DNA of 64,000 nucleotides from Psilocybe cubensis (taxonomy: Eukaryota), in the NCBI GenBank assembly GCA_017499595.2, contig CM039007.1, positions 2,976,001 through 3,040,000 of the forward strand. The letters run 5' to 3'. The notes below the pieces were generated by a model, which saw nothing but the letters and a program-made list of their open reading frames with translations, did not search any database and was not told the origin of the DNA. This document shows positions 26,065-39,054 of the stretch, in pieces. Both the position numbers and the translations under genes were made by a program. Each line of letters starts with the position of its first letter. Position 1 is the first letter of the stretch.

Positions 26065-29000
26065 ATGAATCAATTTGCTAACGCAAGCAATCTGCTGATT
26101 ACTGGAGGGTCATTTAGTCAGACTCAGAACAACTACGGCGTACAGAAAGACGGTGAGTGACAGAATATCATCACAAAAATCAGTCTGAATGAAGGAAACC
26201 AGCACTTTCCAACCTCGAGAAATACATAGCTGAAGATGCATCATTTGACTCTGCAGCAAGGTATCCGCCCGCTACATGCCATCCGGGCACCCGGGAGAAG
26301 ATCATCGAGACTATCCTGAAGTGGATCAAGGACCCGAATCCTGAGAAACAAGCCCTCTGGCTCAATGGCCCGGCTGGTTCTGGAAAATCTGCAATTGGGC
26401 ACTCAGTTGCGTCAAAGCTGAAGGACGAATTGGAGAGTCAAAAGTACGGCTCCACCTTTTTCTTTGCAAAGGGCGCTCCAGGGCGCGGAGACGGGAACAA
26501 ATTATTTCCCACCATTGCATACGAGCTGGCAACCATTTTCCCGGAATACCGGGCGGTACTCAACGCTGTCTTGCAGGAGAACCCTACGCTCCCCAGCAAA
26601 TCCATTCAGATTCAACTTCATAACCTGCTTATCAGACCTCTCCGAAAGGTATCCCAATGGCCCCGTCATCATCCCGCAGTCATCATTGATGGTCTCGACG
26701 AGTGCTCTGGAGGGATTAAAATGCAAGTCGCAATCCTCTCCACCATTGCCAACGCCATCATCCAACACCGCATTCCACTACGGTTTTTTATTATCAGCCG
26801 TCCAGAATACTGGATTGCCGATATATTCGAGATCGGGTGCTTCAGCCCTATAGTTACCCGCCTTTGCCTGCGAGACGACAATGAGGCTGACGCCGGAATC
26901 ACTGTTTACCTACGCGATGAATTTAAGAATATCTACGACAGGAACATCGATGTGATGCGCTCTATCCCTCAACCATGGCCCGAACAACATATCATCGACC
27001 GATTTGTCTGGTCCGCATCAGGGCAGTACATATACGCATCCACAGTCATAAAATTTGTTGGAGAGTCCGATCATTGTATTCCTTCTGAGCAGCTCCGCCT
27101 ATTGACTAAAGCAGGACCTCATGAGGCATCTGCGTTCTCCGACTTGGATAGGTTGTATGCCGCCATTTTATCGTCGTACCCACGCTGGGACCCTCTGAAA
27201 CGCGTGATTTCCGCCATCCTGTTGAACTGTTCAATTTCGGAGGCTGTGATGGAGCACATCTTTGATGTTCCTCAAACAGAGCTGCGTCAAATTTTGAGGT
27301 CAATGAGATCTTTGATTTCCAAAACGCAATTCAACAGTCCACCGCTTCTGCAGAAATTGGAACCAATTTTTGGTTCCCCGGCATACAAAAAAAATTGGCT
27401 ATGGTTTCATCACCTCTCTTTTAGGGAGTTCATAGAGAATGATTCTAGATCCGGGCGTTTCGTGGTTGACAAGCTTTCCACGGGGTTCACGGTGTGGTGT
27501 GTGTTTATAAGGCACCTGAGAGGTCTCCTGCAAGGTGACTCTGCTGTTCAACAAATACTTAAACAGTATGTATTTCATTTTCAACACAGTAATTTCAGTC
27601 GTTGACGTTTTTTTTGCAGTATTGGTGTATCGCAATATCGCCAGTGTCTAGATACAATGGGTCACATACTTCTGCCAAAGTACTTTAATCGCCCCACCAA
27701 GTACGGCACCAAGATCTTGATTCAAGAATTTGAAACCTTACTCGGTGGACTTGACATTGTGTCTCAAACAAACCCCAAAGTTCCCTACGCCAATTATGCC
27801 GTGTTAATCCTCGAAAAGCTCAAAAACTTCCTAAAGAAGTGCATGGGGCTACCTATGCGTCGAAGGAAACTTTTCAAAACACTTGGAAATTCGGTTGACC
27901 TGGTGCTGGTCACATTAGCGCAACAGGTCCTTGAGACCACAGCCATGGATGAAAAACTTTTCAGTAAACTGGTTACGGATACTTGGATTGATCGCGGTCT
28001 ACAATTCAGAATTGCAACATTATGCAAATATTCATATACGACTGAAGAGTCCATTGTTCCTGATCTCCAAAAGATGAATGGAGTGGTTACCCTATACTTC
28101 GACAGTGATAGTGATTGGGGGATTGAAATAGTTCTACACTTTGCCGAACATCAAACCCACACTGACCTGGAGACTGATTTACTTTTGGAATGGGAAGAGG
28201 AAATCCTTTCCATCCTCGGAACGATGTTTAGTGACAATTTTGACACGGACGACCCAGACATTGGGCATATGGTATATCTTACATGCTTCATATTAAATCC
28301 ACAAATATCAGACATCCGTAACCGTGATCGTCTGGAGAATGAAGACATGATGACAATACTCCGTGTTCTAGCTAGTCCAAATTTTCCTTCAGAACGGAGT
28401 TCTCATCATGCTCAATACATCTTCATGTCATTGCGCTGGACCATCCGACAATTAGTAAGCCTTTATTATTCATCCAGCTGGGGGCCTTTGGTTGTGTTGT
28501 TGCTCATTTAAACATAGTCAGGTTCTAATAGAAGTGTAATTGAGCAAACCAACTGCACGCTAATCGGAGAAATGGAGGCTGTTATAAAGGCCAAGTTTCA
28601 TGTGCTCGTTGATCTCTACGCTGCGCCAGCCACGGAAGTCATGTCTGACAATGTATTTGAAAACTTTCCTATACTGCCTCCCAGTCCGGATGGCAAATAC
28701 GTTTTCAAATATAGCATTCATGCTGATGGTTTTAGGTATAGCGGATTGACCTACTTCCTTGAGTTTGCGTCGGAGAATCTTCACGTTCTTCCCCCAGATA
28801 TATACCCCCATATTCCATCCTTCCTTCTTAAAGCGATTGTGATAGCTCTCTACAACATCGCGTATTCGAACGTCTTAGCCAGTTGGGAGGATGAACAGTT
28901 AGATGAAGTTACAGTGACAGCACCTCAGTTGTTCCAACTATTGCTCCAGTGGATGTCTTACGCGCTTCCAACAGAAGAGAACCTTAACACAATCAGGTTG

Positions 29001-29319
29001 ATGAGCTGTATATGGCATGAAATCATCGAAGGCAATTACGATCAACCAATATTTCCACCCCCCCTTTGTAATCTTATTATGGAGTTCCTGACTGTACGCA
29101 ATATTTTTTTTGTTCTTCGAGTATTCATTTGCTTACACTCTGGAGCAGAAATACAGCCCCTCTATGCTTCCCGGGTCAGAACTCGGTCATTTGAACTCTT
29201 GGCTGGTGAGACTCAGGGACACAGATCATCCTATGGAAAATGATTCCACAACAGACGAGGATAAATCCGATGAAGACGAGAATTCCGCATCAGACGAAGA
29301 GAGTTCAGGTGATGAATAG
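26065..29319 (+). CDS. NACHT-domain NLR-like protein
   Basis: CHPGTRE, P-loop WLNGPAGSGKSAI, FFF, LFPTIAYEL, Walker B VIIDGLDEC, FFIISRPE, SGQYIYASTVIKFV, LDRLYAAIL, FHHLSFREF. Short first exon from 26065, acidic tail, no obvious WD/ANK/TPR repeats. Confidence 0.9.
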
Positions 29320-29887
29320 GTCCATAATTGATTGTATTGCGCATATGAAAATTAAAACATACATTGATCTAAAAAACACTCTCTTGCAATCTTTGTAAGG
29401 ACAAAGAGACGGAGGAGACATGAACACAATGCATATTGTGGGTGACATAGGAGGTGGTGTTTTTCAAGAGTAAAAATGATGTTCTTATTGCAGAAACCAT
29501 TTTGCTAGCTTAAGATAATGGAGGAAGAGGTAGCGAGAGGTAACCGATGAGAAATGGGGCAAACACCAATACAGGACGGAGAAGACAAGCACAAGATTGA
29601 AATAAAGAACTGAATTTCTTCACCCTTGCGCGGAACTCGGCTGCTCAACCCTGACAAAGAGCATATCACATCACAGGAAATAACAACAACGATGGAAATC
29701 GCAAGCGAGGAAGCTAAGCTTATTCCCCCCCGAAGGGGGGGCCTTCGTTGCATTGGGTCTCCTGTTCAGAATTCCAGAAATCTGATGCCAGATTCGGATT
29801 CCTGGACCCCAAAAACCCCCAAATACACTTTCAAAATATTTTATTTTGTACATACGGAGGTGCTACGTAATTAAATGTGTAATTTAT

Positions 29888-30101
29888 GGAGGCCGGCCTC
29901 CAAATTGATGGAGGCCACTGGAGGCCGGCCTCCAAATTGATGGAGGCCACTGGAGGCCGGCCTCCAAATTGATGGAGGCCACTGGAGGCCGGCCTCCAAA
30001 TTGATGGAGGTCACTGGAGGCCGGCCTCCGTCTAAAAATAAATGCGTCGAGGCCACCAGAGGCCGGCCTCGATTCGTACGCGCGAGTGGAGGCCGGCCTC
30101 C
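29888..30101. repeat. Subterminal 32-bp tandem repeat containing the palindrome GGAGGCCGGCCTCC
   Basis: Unit ggaggccggcctccaaattgatggaggccact starts at 29888, 29920, 29952, 29984 and (partial) 30016, with further palindrome copies to about 30101. Confidence 0.95.
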
Positions 30102-33100
30102 CGCCTGTCTCCCGACGCCTGCGCTCGCCGTCCCGATGCCTGCGCTCGCCGTCCCGACGCTTGCGCTTGCCGTCCCGACGCTTTCCCTTGCTACCTGCCC
30201 GACGTCATTGCACCGCCACCCCGGGCCGCTGCTGCCACCGCCGCCTCCACTCGACGCCTGTTGCTGCTGCCGTGCCGCCTTCCTACCAGTAACGTGCGGC
30301 GAGTTGTTTGTCCATGCTGTTGTCATTGCATTCAAACTCCGCCTTTTACCCTTACGCGCACCGCAGCGACGTGTTAACATATTATGCACTTCGTATCATT
30401 GTCACATCCAGCTCCACCCTCACCCCACTGCTGTCATCCATGGCTCCTCTTCATCGGTTTAACACTGCAGCCGGAGGATGGTATAGCGAGGGTGGCAAAA
30501 CACCCCACCCTCAACGCTGATGGGCTGTATGCGCATGTATCAGCCATGATGTTGACAAATACGGATTCAACGACAAGTGGCGTGTAGACGCAGCGTCTGG
30601 CGGGGCCCGTTGAGCAGTGGTGTTCTAGTGGGTATACAGGTGCTCGTGTGAGGGTGTGGAAAAGTGTATGATGGGTGTGTGTGCGTGTGTGGACATGAGT
30701 GAGTAAATTTTGTCCTCCCCTCTATCTCTCTTCACTAATCTCCACACTTTCCACCACCACCACCATCACCCGTTCGCCGACGCCTCGCTGAGAATCAGAA
30801 TCACATACATATCTGTCCCAATCCCCACCCCTCAAAGCATGCTGTCGAAACAAGGTCCGAACAAGTGGCCCATGCCTCCTCCCGGCAGTGAGCGTGTCCA
30901 TCTGATTGTGACTGGCACTCACCAATGACGCCGTCGAAGTGCATCTTCAACAGCGAACACGGGTCATTGATAGTCGAGGTCATTGTTTCGAGGGGTTTTC
31001 TGTGCGTCGGACACATCTGTCGTGGACTACTCACCTCTAGGCATCATACCACACAATGACCTGGCATTCAAGAAGACCCTGGGAGGAACAGACACGTCGG
31101 ATTAGGTGAGTCAGTCAGCATGTTTGGTTTACTGTGACTTGGACTCAACCATAACAGCGCCCCGGCGCATCTTCACCAACGAGCGCGGTTGGTGATAGTC
31201 AAGGTGTCATTTGAAGGGTCTTGTGTGTTTCAAAGAGGCTTGCATGTGTCAACGTGGGATCGTCAATGTGAGTAGCTGGACATGTCTGTGCACGATTACT
31301 TACCTCCAATGGGTGTCAGACAACACAGATGCCGCTGACTGGAAGAGACACGTTGGGATGAGGTGAGTGGGCACTTCTTATGACTGGGACTCACCAATGA
31401 CGGTGGCACGGCACATTTGGGTGAAGTCATCGTCGTGTCGAGGGGCCTGTGTGGGTGTCAAGGTGAGTCGCTGGACGTGTCTGTGTTGGTTTGCTTACCT
31501 TGGGTCTTCACAGGTGATGACCTGGCATTCAAACAACAACAAAAAATCGTCAGTCGCAGCGGCAAACCCCCAGCTCACACGATGACGTTGGTTACCAGAG
31601 GACGCGGAGCGAAGAGGAGAAAATTGGAGAGCAGAGAAAAAAGGGGGGAGACCCCCTGAGCTGGGCAGAAGAGGAGGAGCGGGATGAGAAAAAGTGAGTC
31701 GATTCACGGTCCCTTTTATAGTCCCCAAACACGCCGCTATATGTACGCCCACTACGCTATGCATTTTCGGGTTGTACCGTGCTGTTTTCAGGGTTCAATT
31801 TTGGGATCAACAGATGATTTGAGGGCGAACCGAGCGTTAGCCGAGTGTATGTACACTGTGCTTCTGTGTTTTAGACTCCTGTATGTCTGTAGATTCCAAA
31901 TAAATTTCTTTTCCAGTTTCTTTCAACATTCAGATTGTGTATTTCAAGTGAATTTCAATGTTTTGTGCGAGGTCAAATCAAACAGTTCTCAACGCGCCTG
32001 TAACTCTGTACTGGATACCATTCCTACTCCCATCGCGTTAGAAAGCTACGTACATTGTCATTTTCAATGGAAACAAACTAATTCATTCAATTCCAGGATA
32101 TCCAACATCACCTTTCTGCTCAAACTTTTTTTCAAGACGCCGCTAGACCTTACGTTGACAAAATATCACCCAAATAGTACCCTGACGACCTAATTTCCAG
32201 ACGATTGAAACCGTGTTCTCTTGGAAGATTGGGACGGGGAAGGTGTGGTAGTGCCGTATCCCATTCATGCAGTCAAATTTCGCATCACCGTCCCCATGCA
32301 AACGCTTTCACACCCGCATATAATCACCCATATCTTTTTATTATTCAATGCATTCACATTTTGTTGAGGTATAGGCGTTTTAGTGCGACTCCAAAGGCTT
32401 CAGAGTAGCTCAGGGAAGCCAGTAAAATGTACTTTGAGGCTACCGTATCGTGACTATGTCTTATATGACATCAAACACCGTAGGTGAAGGAAACAATGTG
32501 TATCATGGTTAGTATCTGAATCGATTCTAGGACGGAGCATGGGCGCTTTGAAGATGATACGCGCTTTGCTATGGACTTCATTGACATCTACCATGGGTAC
32601 ACCTTATTTTTACCTTTCCTCAACATGACTTCGTCTCAACGCGCGCGCGGGTCAAGGGAAGTTAGTGAGGTTTAAACGGGTAGGGGAATTGATGTTGGTG
32701 AGTGAGTTGTTTTTGGTCTCATGTTCTGGTAGATGGAATGGACGAACAGACGAGCGTACCATCACCCTTTGCTGGTATACACACTACCTCGGTGTTCACC
32801 TTCCATTGGCACATTGTGGTATGCATAACATAATCATTGTGGCCCAGCATGTGATCTATGTGTACATTGTGCGCATTTCACACAGTTGGTATGCCGCCTG
32901 CGTTGTTAGTCACTGCTATTATGGCTGATATCTATTTTTTGTGTATTCCAATTGCCTCGCACTTGGACTAGTTCTTGGATACATTGTCTAAACTTTAATT
33001 TCTCCATGGTTGATGTGTTTTTCATACGTCTCTGTGTCGGCGCATTTGTATCAAATGTTAGCTAAAAATGTGTCTTACTGCCTAGTTGGGTTTAAATGTT

Positions 33101-33890
33101 ATATCTTCCGTACAATCGAGAATAACACCCCTGTAAAGATGTAATGTATCAAGGTATGCGCAATGGTATGAATGCATCACGGGCTCATTATAGCTGGAAA
33201 CTAGAGAGCTGATTCAGAGTGCTGAGAGATGTAAGCAAACCATCTTCCAGGACCAAAAAGCCGTTCACAGCAGGTGTCCCAGGGTCTCGTTGCTCAGTTC
33301 CGTGAGCTTCCAACTCTCGTTACCGACCAATCTGAGCAATCTAGACTAGCCTATTCCTGGAAGCGAGATAAATGAGATGATTTAAACGCGGAGTAATTAT
33401 GAATTGGGGCACGAGGAGAGCGTTTGCGCCATGGTTGACATACCATGCTACACTGGGGATACATTGTAATAGAGGTGAAATGTTACCGTAAATCACCTCT
33501 TCAATATTCACATGGAGGTCATGGCACGTCTACATAACCAAAACGTTAGATAACAAATGTGGTACGTCAGAGTACTCACCTTGACATTGCTGTAAAGATA
33601 TGGTTTCGGGCATACTCAAATCTAGCGACTCCTGAATCCCCAATGCACTAGTCCATTTCATTCAAAGCCAAAGAGTATGGACAGGCAAGACGAGATGTTT
33701 TGGTCCAGTGGGACACTGCAGGCCTGCATTTGAATAAAGTGAAAAGTTTCAAACACTTTTGAGTGAGTCTGTGAGATTAATGGCAACAAGAATTCAAAGA
33801 ACCTACTGGTATAAATATATCCAACACTACTCGCAAAGTTGAAACCCCGCTGGTGTTGTCGTGAATACACCACAAAACACATTTTAGCCT

Positions 33891-34075
33891 TGGTTGGGGT
33901 TAGGGATTAGGGTTGGTGGTGACCACAAAAATACAGATTAGGATGGTTTAGGGTTTAGTTTTTAGGGTTGGTTGGGATTCGATATACCACAAAAGCACAG
34001 ATTAGTCCGGTTAGGGTTGGTTAGCATTGGTTAGGGTTGGTAATTACAATTAAATATTTAGCTGGTTAGGATTGG
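33891..34075 (+). repeat. Degenerate interstitial telomere-like TTAGGG cluster (also about 61668-61852)
   Basis: Six perfect TTAGGG plus TTAGG/TTGG variants in about 180 bp. Confidence 0.6.
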
Positions 34076-36464
34076 ATTCCACGTTCGGGTGGCAATACAT
34101 GGTGTCTAATGTACTATAGCACCCATACTACGCAGCGAGGTTCTAGCAGACAAGAAGGTTGGGGATGTAGTTTAGATCATGAGGTCTTTGCATATTGTAG
34201 GCGAGTATGTATATTTGATGTTGAATTAGTAGGTAACATAGGTTATCGGACGGGGATGTAGCTAAACCCTATAATCCACACATGGAAGCAGGCCTGCATC
34301 CTTCTGTATACTTTCCTTCCATCGCAACACCCATCCAAACACCAAGGAAGGAGGTGGAAATAGAAGCGTCCACACAGCATCAAGGTTGTTATTAGCGAGT
34401 AACCCAGAGTCCGCATGGGCGATTGCCAACTTTAATATATGGACATTAGCGGTTTGCGCATATGGCATATCGAGACGCCCTGCGCAGAGTTGACGCGGCA
34501 CTGGGACAGGCACAGAGACGAGCGGGGGAGCTGTAAGTCATGAGTGGGTGGAGGGGGTCTGCAGCGGATTGTGCACGTATGACTTTTTGCAGCTAGTGTG
34601 TTGATGTTAATGTCGAAGTTGCCATTGTGGTCATGAAGGGAGGTTGGGGGGGATGTATAAATTGTGTGTGTGTTTGGAGGCGGGTTTGCTTGAAAATGGT
34701 GCAAGAGTTGGGCAACAGTGTTGAGCTGGACACAGTTGGTTGTGGTTACGGAGTGGGATTAAGATAGGAGGATGGGAATACGCACGATTGAATGGTACCC
34801 ATTACACTCGTATCATCCTCCTCTGTCTTCAGTCAATTTTGCTTGCGTCTTGTGAGTGTTGACTTATTGGTTGTCAAATTGGTGGCGGATGTATCCGGTA
34901 TCCGTAGGAGAGGATCTGCGGGGGGTGGTTGTAAAAGGGGGAGTTGGTGAGGTTGTATATGGCGGGAGTCAGTGATTGTGACATTGTGGAGTAGACGGAG
35001 ACGGATGTGATGGTAAATGTGGAAGTGTACGTACCATTAAAGCGTGATATGTAAATCGAGGAGGTGTCCGTCACCACTTCAGCTTGAGTATAGAGGCCGT
35101 TATTGAGCTGCTCCGCGGATATTCAGATGAGGGGCGGTGTGATATGGTTGCGGTAAGGAAGAAGACGGAGGAACTGGCCATGGCCGTGCTTTCGACATGC
35201 AGTGGCAGTAGGGAGAATGTGTCAAAGGGCAGTATTTGAAGTGCGGAGGCTTGACGAGGATTGGAGATAAGCCGCGTCTTCTGCTGCTGCTTCTAAAAGC
35301 CTCTCGGGACCCATTCTTGCACTTTCATAAAAGACGACATGGAGACGAGCGAGAGACGACCGTGAATCTTACAAGTCCGTCGATTGCTGCCAGCAAAACA
35401 AGGACAAATACGCGAGACACTCGTCACCTGTAACGCTTGCCCTTCTCCACGGAATGCGTTCACCCACCTTGCTCCAATACATCCCAAGAAGCGCAAGCCC
35501 ATACTCCTAGTTAGGGGCTGTATTACAATGAAAAACACGTATTCTAGGAAAAATGTTATTTGCAACAATGCACAATCTCGACAAACGTAAATGACACGCA
35601 CCTGGAAGAAAATATCCAACCTACCAACGATCTATGCAGACGTCAACGTCATCATTACAAGTCGCGAAAACGTCGTGGAATTGACGTAGAATCCGCACTC
35701 GATCCCCCGGGTACGTATGCTGCTTATTGCAAATACACTGGGTCTTCTGAAGTTGGTCTCATTTCCCAGACCTTCTAGGTCGTATATCGGAAGTCTAGTT
35801 GAGCCGAGTAGGTTCCTGCTAGTGCCCAAGAGGACCCGCGATGAAAGGAGACGTTGGAATTAGCTTGAAATTGCGAATTGCGCGAGGGGGAGGATGTGGA
35901 TATGTACGTGAGTCGAAATTTTCGAGAAATTTTTCGTGATTGCGTGTTGGGATGGATGCTTTGAGTGTTGTAGGGTGTACTGCATAGTCGTATAATATAT
36001 TACGGTTTGAAAACGCAGTATTCTTGTACTGCCTTCTGATTTGTATTGAGAGCGCGTTCGGGCGCTTAACGTTTTTCGACATGTCCAACTTTTCTCAATC
36101 TACTTTCACTCAAAATTCGTATTTTAACAGGTAGTATTAATACCATTTTATACCTCCAGTACCGTGTAAAAAAGAAGAGCAAGACAAGAACTTACTGAAC
36201 GGTGTGGCTCAAGGTCAAGAGTGGTGACCGTGCACATCAACAATGGTTGTTTGGCACAGCCAAACACACAAACGGGGCATGGCGGCGGATGGACAGACAT
36301 GCTGAAAGCATGGGGGCATAACAATCTGCTGCTACACATTCAAAACGAGTCAGCTCAATAAATCCCAATGCTTCTCAAACAAATTCAATTCAAACTCGAC
36401 GATACGCACGGAGACTCGGCCCATCTCCCTCTGGTACGTGCTTTGTTTGTTGACTGCATCCCCA

Positions 36465-37371
36465 GCCATAATAAAGGAGGTAAAAATTGACCATTTTATC
36501 CGTCCGATTAAACTATGAGCTGATTTGTATGGTAAGGTACACCGTTTGAGATCAGGCGTACCTCTAGCAATTCCTCACGCTGCGGTGGACGACTGTCAGG
36601 TATGAAAACTTTCTGGAATCTTAAAGCTATGACAAACTCAAGCTTGTAATCTAAGTATCGTGAATATACTATCCCAAAAGGTGCTCCTATTCTCATGAAC
36701 ATCTGTGCGTTCATTATTGTAACCTGCTTTACATTGTTTAATAATACATCAGGGGGTATATTCCATGATCCAGGTATGCGAATGGCGATAATCTGATGTC
36801 TGCTTGAATCAACATGAAATGTACAGACCTATTTGAGCGCCCTGATGAGTTCTGGCCAGAGAGATACTTGCTGACTCCGGATGGTACAAATCCGGGACAT
36901 AAAAAGAGCTACACGATTCGTTTAACGTTACCCTTTGGTAGCGGGAAGGTGACATGACTTGTTTATCCAGGCGGTACATAGGAACTCATCTATTGATAAC
37001 ATTTAGAGGATATGCCCAGGAATTCATCTCGCAAATACAAATGTGGTATGTATACACATATATTCGTCCATTCTCAGAACGCATTAACGCGTCCTGAATG
37101 TAGAACGTAGCCGTCATGCGGCTCATTTGGGCGTTTGGTTTTTCTCGAGTGGATAGGCCGGCTACAAGAACAACAGAATGGAATATATCAGATGAATATG
37201 ATGATGTGAGTGTAGTAAATTGTCTACCTGTGTAACATTTTGCAATTGAAGAGTCTCCAGTAGGGTATAAGTTTGACTCCAAAACCATTCAAGTGAAAAA
37301 TAACGCCACGAAGTCAAGAAAAAATGGATATGATCGAAGACTGCTACAAACACGTCGTGCATCATGGGTAA
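36465..37371 (+). pseudogene. 5'-truncated cytochrome P450 fragment with introns
   Basis: AIIKE|VHRLRSGVPLAIPHA, TIPKGAPIL, FWPERYL, LPFGSGK|RICPG, RLIWAF, PKPFK*. No upstream P450 exons; internal stop near the end. Confidence 0.85.
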
Positions 37372-38714
37372 TGTGTTATACATGTCTTGAATTCGAAGGG
37401 GCACGGACATAAGTGTAAACCCTACGCTTGTACACGATATACTACATTCCACTGTATGTATCCAAACCAAAATATGAGGCTTTTGTGACTCCATCGACGT
37501 TTGAAAGGTTTCGACGACGCTGTAAGGTCTCTGACCATCTTTCGTGAGCAATGTAGTAAAGTTGTGCGACGCATGAGCAGATGGGTGATCCCGACTCGGA
37601 TTCTCGCAGAAGGAGATAAGCTGTGAATTTAATTAGCGATGAAAAGGCTTACCATAATCTCGGTCTGAAGATTACTGTGTCCAGCAATAACTCTCAACCA
37701 TGAAATCCAACGGAATCATCCATCATGTATACTGGTGGCTGGGTGGGGAGGTCTTCTTGAGGTCCCTGTGCGCCAATAAGTGGGAAATTCTGGCGGCACT
37801 AACAAATGTGATGTCATGTTCTCGAGTTCGGCATGTTCGACGGTTTAGAAGACCTCGAATTGACTATGGTACATAATATAATGGGCATCACTAGTTTGTC
37901 TGGATATGTGATGATATATTTGCTTGTTCCGCCACAACCACAAAGTCTCTTTGTGAGCGATGGGCGTAGAGAGCGTCTTTTGCTAAGCCACACAAAGCAT
38001 TCATTGCGACTGCGTTAAACACTGATTTTAAAATTTTAAATGGGCGGTTTTTGGGTCAAGCCTCATGGACAGTGATGAGATATGCACCGGGTGACTCTCA
38101 AGCCACTGAGCTCAGCGTTGCGCGCTTCGATGCTCTTTATTTCTTTGAACAATCAAAGGTACTTCCTACAAAACTAATTCAATCAACTATTGTACACTAT
38201 TTCCTAATGCATATAAACATACTCAAGCACTTGTGATCTTTGTGTTGATTGAGAAACCCATATGATACCTTTGTCTTTCCCTCGTGTCGACGCGCTTCAA
38301 AGACGCGTGCAGTATCAATTTCAATCTCCGCTCGAAATACATGCGGCAACCCTTTGATCACGGAACAACCACGCTGTTCGCACTCTGACCCATCCTCGAC
38401 ATCCATGTTCGCTCTCTTCCTCTCTTCTGACCATTGGATCCCAAGGTAGATGGCTGTAGTCTCATGAATTATAATGCAAGGTTATAGGTGCACATTATAT
38501 GAATTTTGAATACACCTGATTCAAGTTTGCCTCCCACAGCTCGGATTTCACTACACCTCTATCTGCTCAAACAATCGACATTCGAATGCATGGCACCTAC
38601 GAGTGGCTCAAAAGTCCTCTATTGTCCAGACGTGGCTAATGGTATGGTGGTCATGAGTATGATTGCACGGGGTGAACAGGCTCTTTGTAAGTCATTCAAG
38701 TTTCACTTTCGACC

Positions 38715-39050
38715 GCTCCCTTTGGGCATACACCATTGCGATTATTGTTTCCGCATTTGCTGGAAAGTTTGGAGGGTGCAAACTTGCAGCCCATTATGCT
38801 GCTGGATTCAATTGGCGCGAGTCTACTACCATCGGGTCACTCATGAGTCGCAAAGGGTCTGTAATTTTTTTGCTGAACACCAGCGCCTAACCGATATATA
38901 CTTCCTATAGGTTAGTCGAGTTGATTGTCCTCAATGTTGGCTTGTCAGCTGGAATTCTGTCACCCGTGAGTCTATCTCCCTTCATTATATTTTTAGTTGT
39001 CAAGCTGAGTGTCTCTGCCTACAGCATGTTTTCTCCATGTTTGTGGTTGG
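38715..39050 (+). pseudogene. Fragment of a Kha1-like CPA2 K+/H+ antiporter
   Basis: WAYTIAII..AGKFGGC..GFNWRESTTIGSLMSRKG|LVELIVLNVGLSAGILS..FSMFV, introns retained. Confidence 0.75.
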
Positions 39051-39054
39051 AGCG

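Larger units (their letters stand above)
29718..36223. mobile_element. Large apparently non-autonomous element, copy A (at least 6.5 kb; right end not determined)
   Basis: Near-identical to 57495-64000 at constant offset 27777. Shares its first ~500 bp with 45023 onward. Identity starts sharply after CTAA. Confidence 0.9.

Noticed and set aside
29888-30030. CRISPR-like look of the palindromic 32-bp repeats and of the 50.2-51.5 kb arrays
   Set aside because: Spacers are identical or near-identical rather than unique, the context is eukaryotic, and there are no cas genes.
29871-30462. Overlapping 110-170-aa ORFs in the element terminus (also 45241-46658 and 57648-58239)
   Set aside because: By-products of GC-rich tandem repeats lacking stop codons; low-complexity translations in several frames.
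36360-36372. CCCAATGC matching the reverse complement of the terminus as a possible right end of copy A
   Set aside because: Only 8 bp, with no adjacent CTAR or TSD; could be chance.
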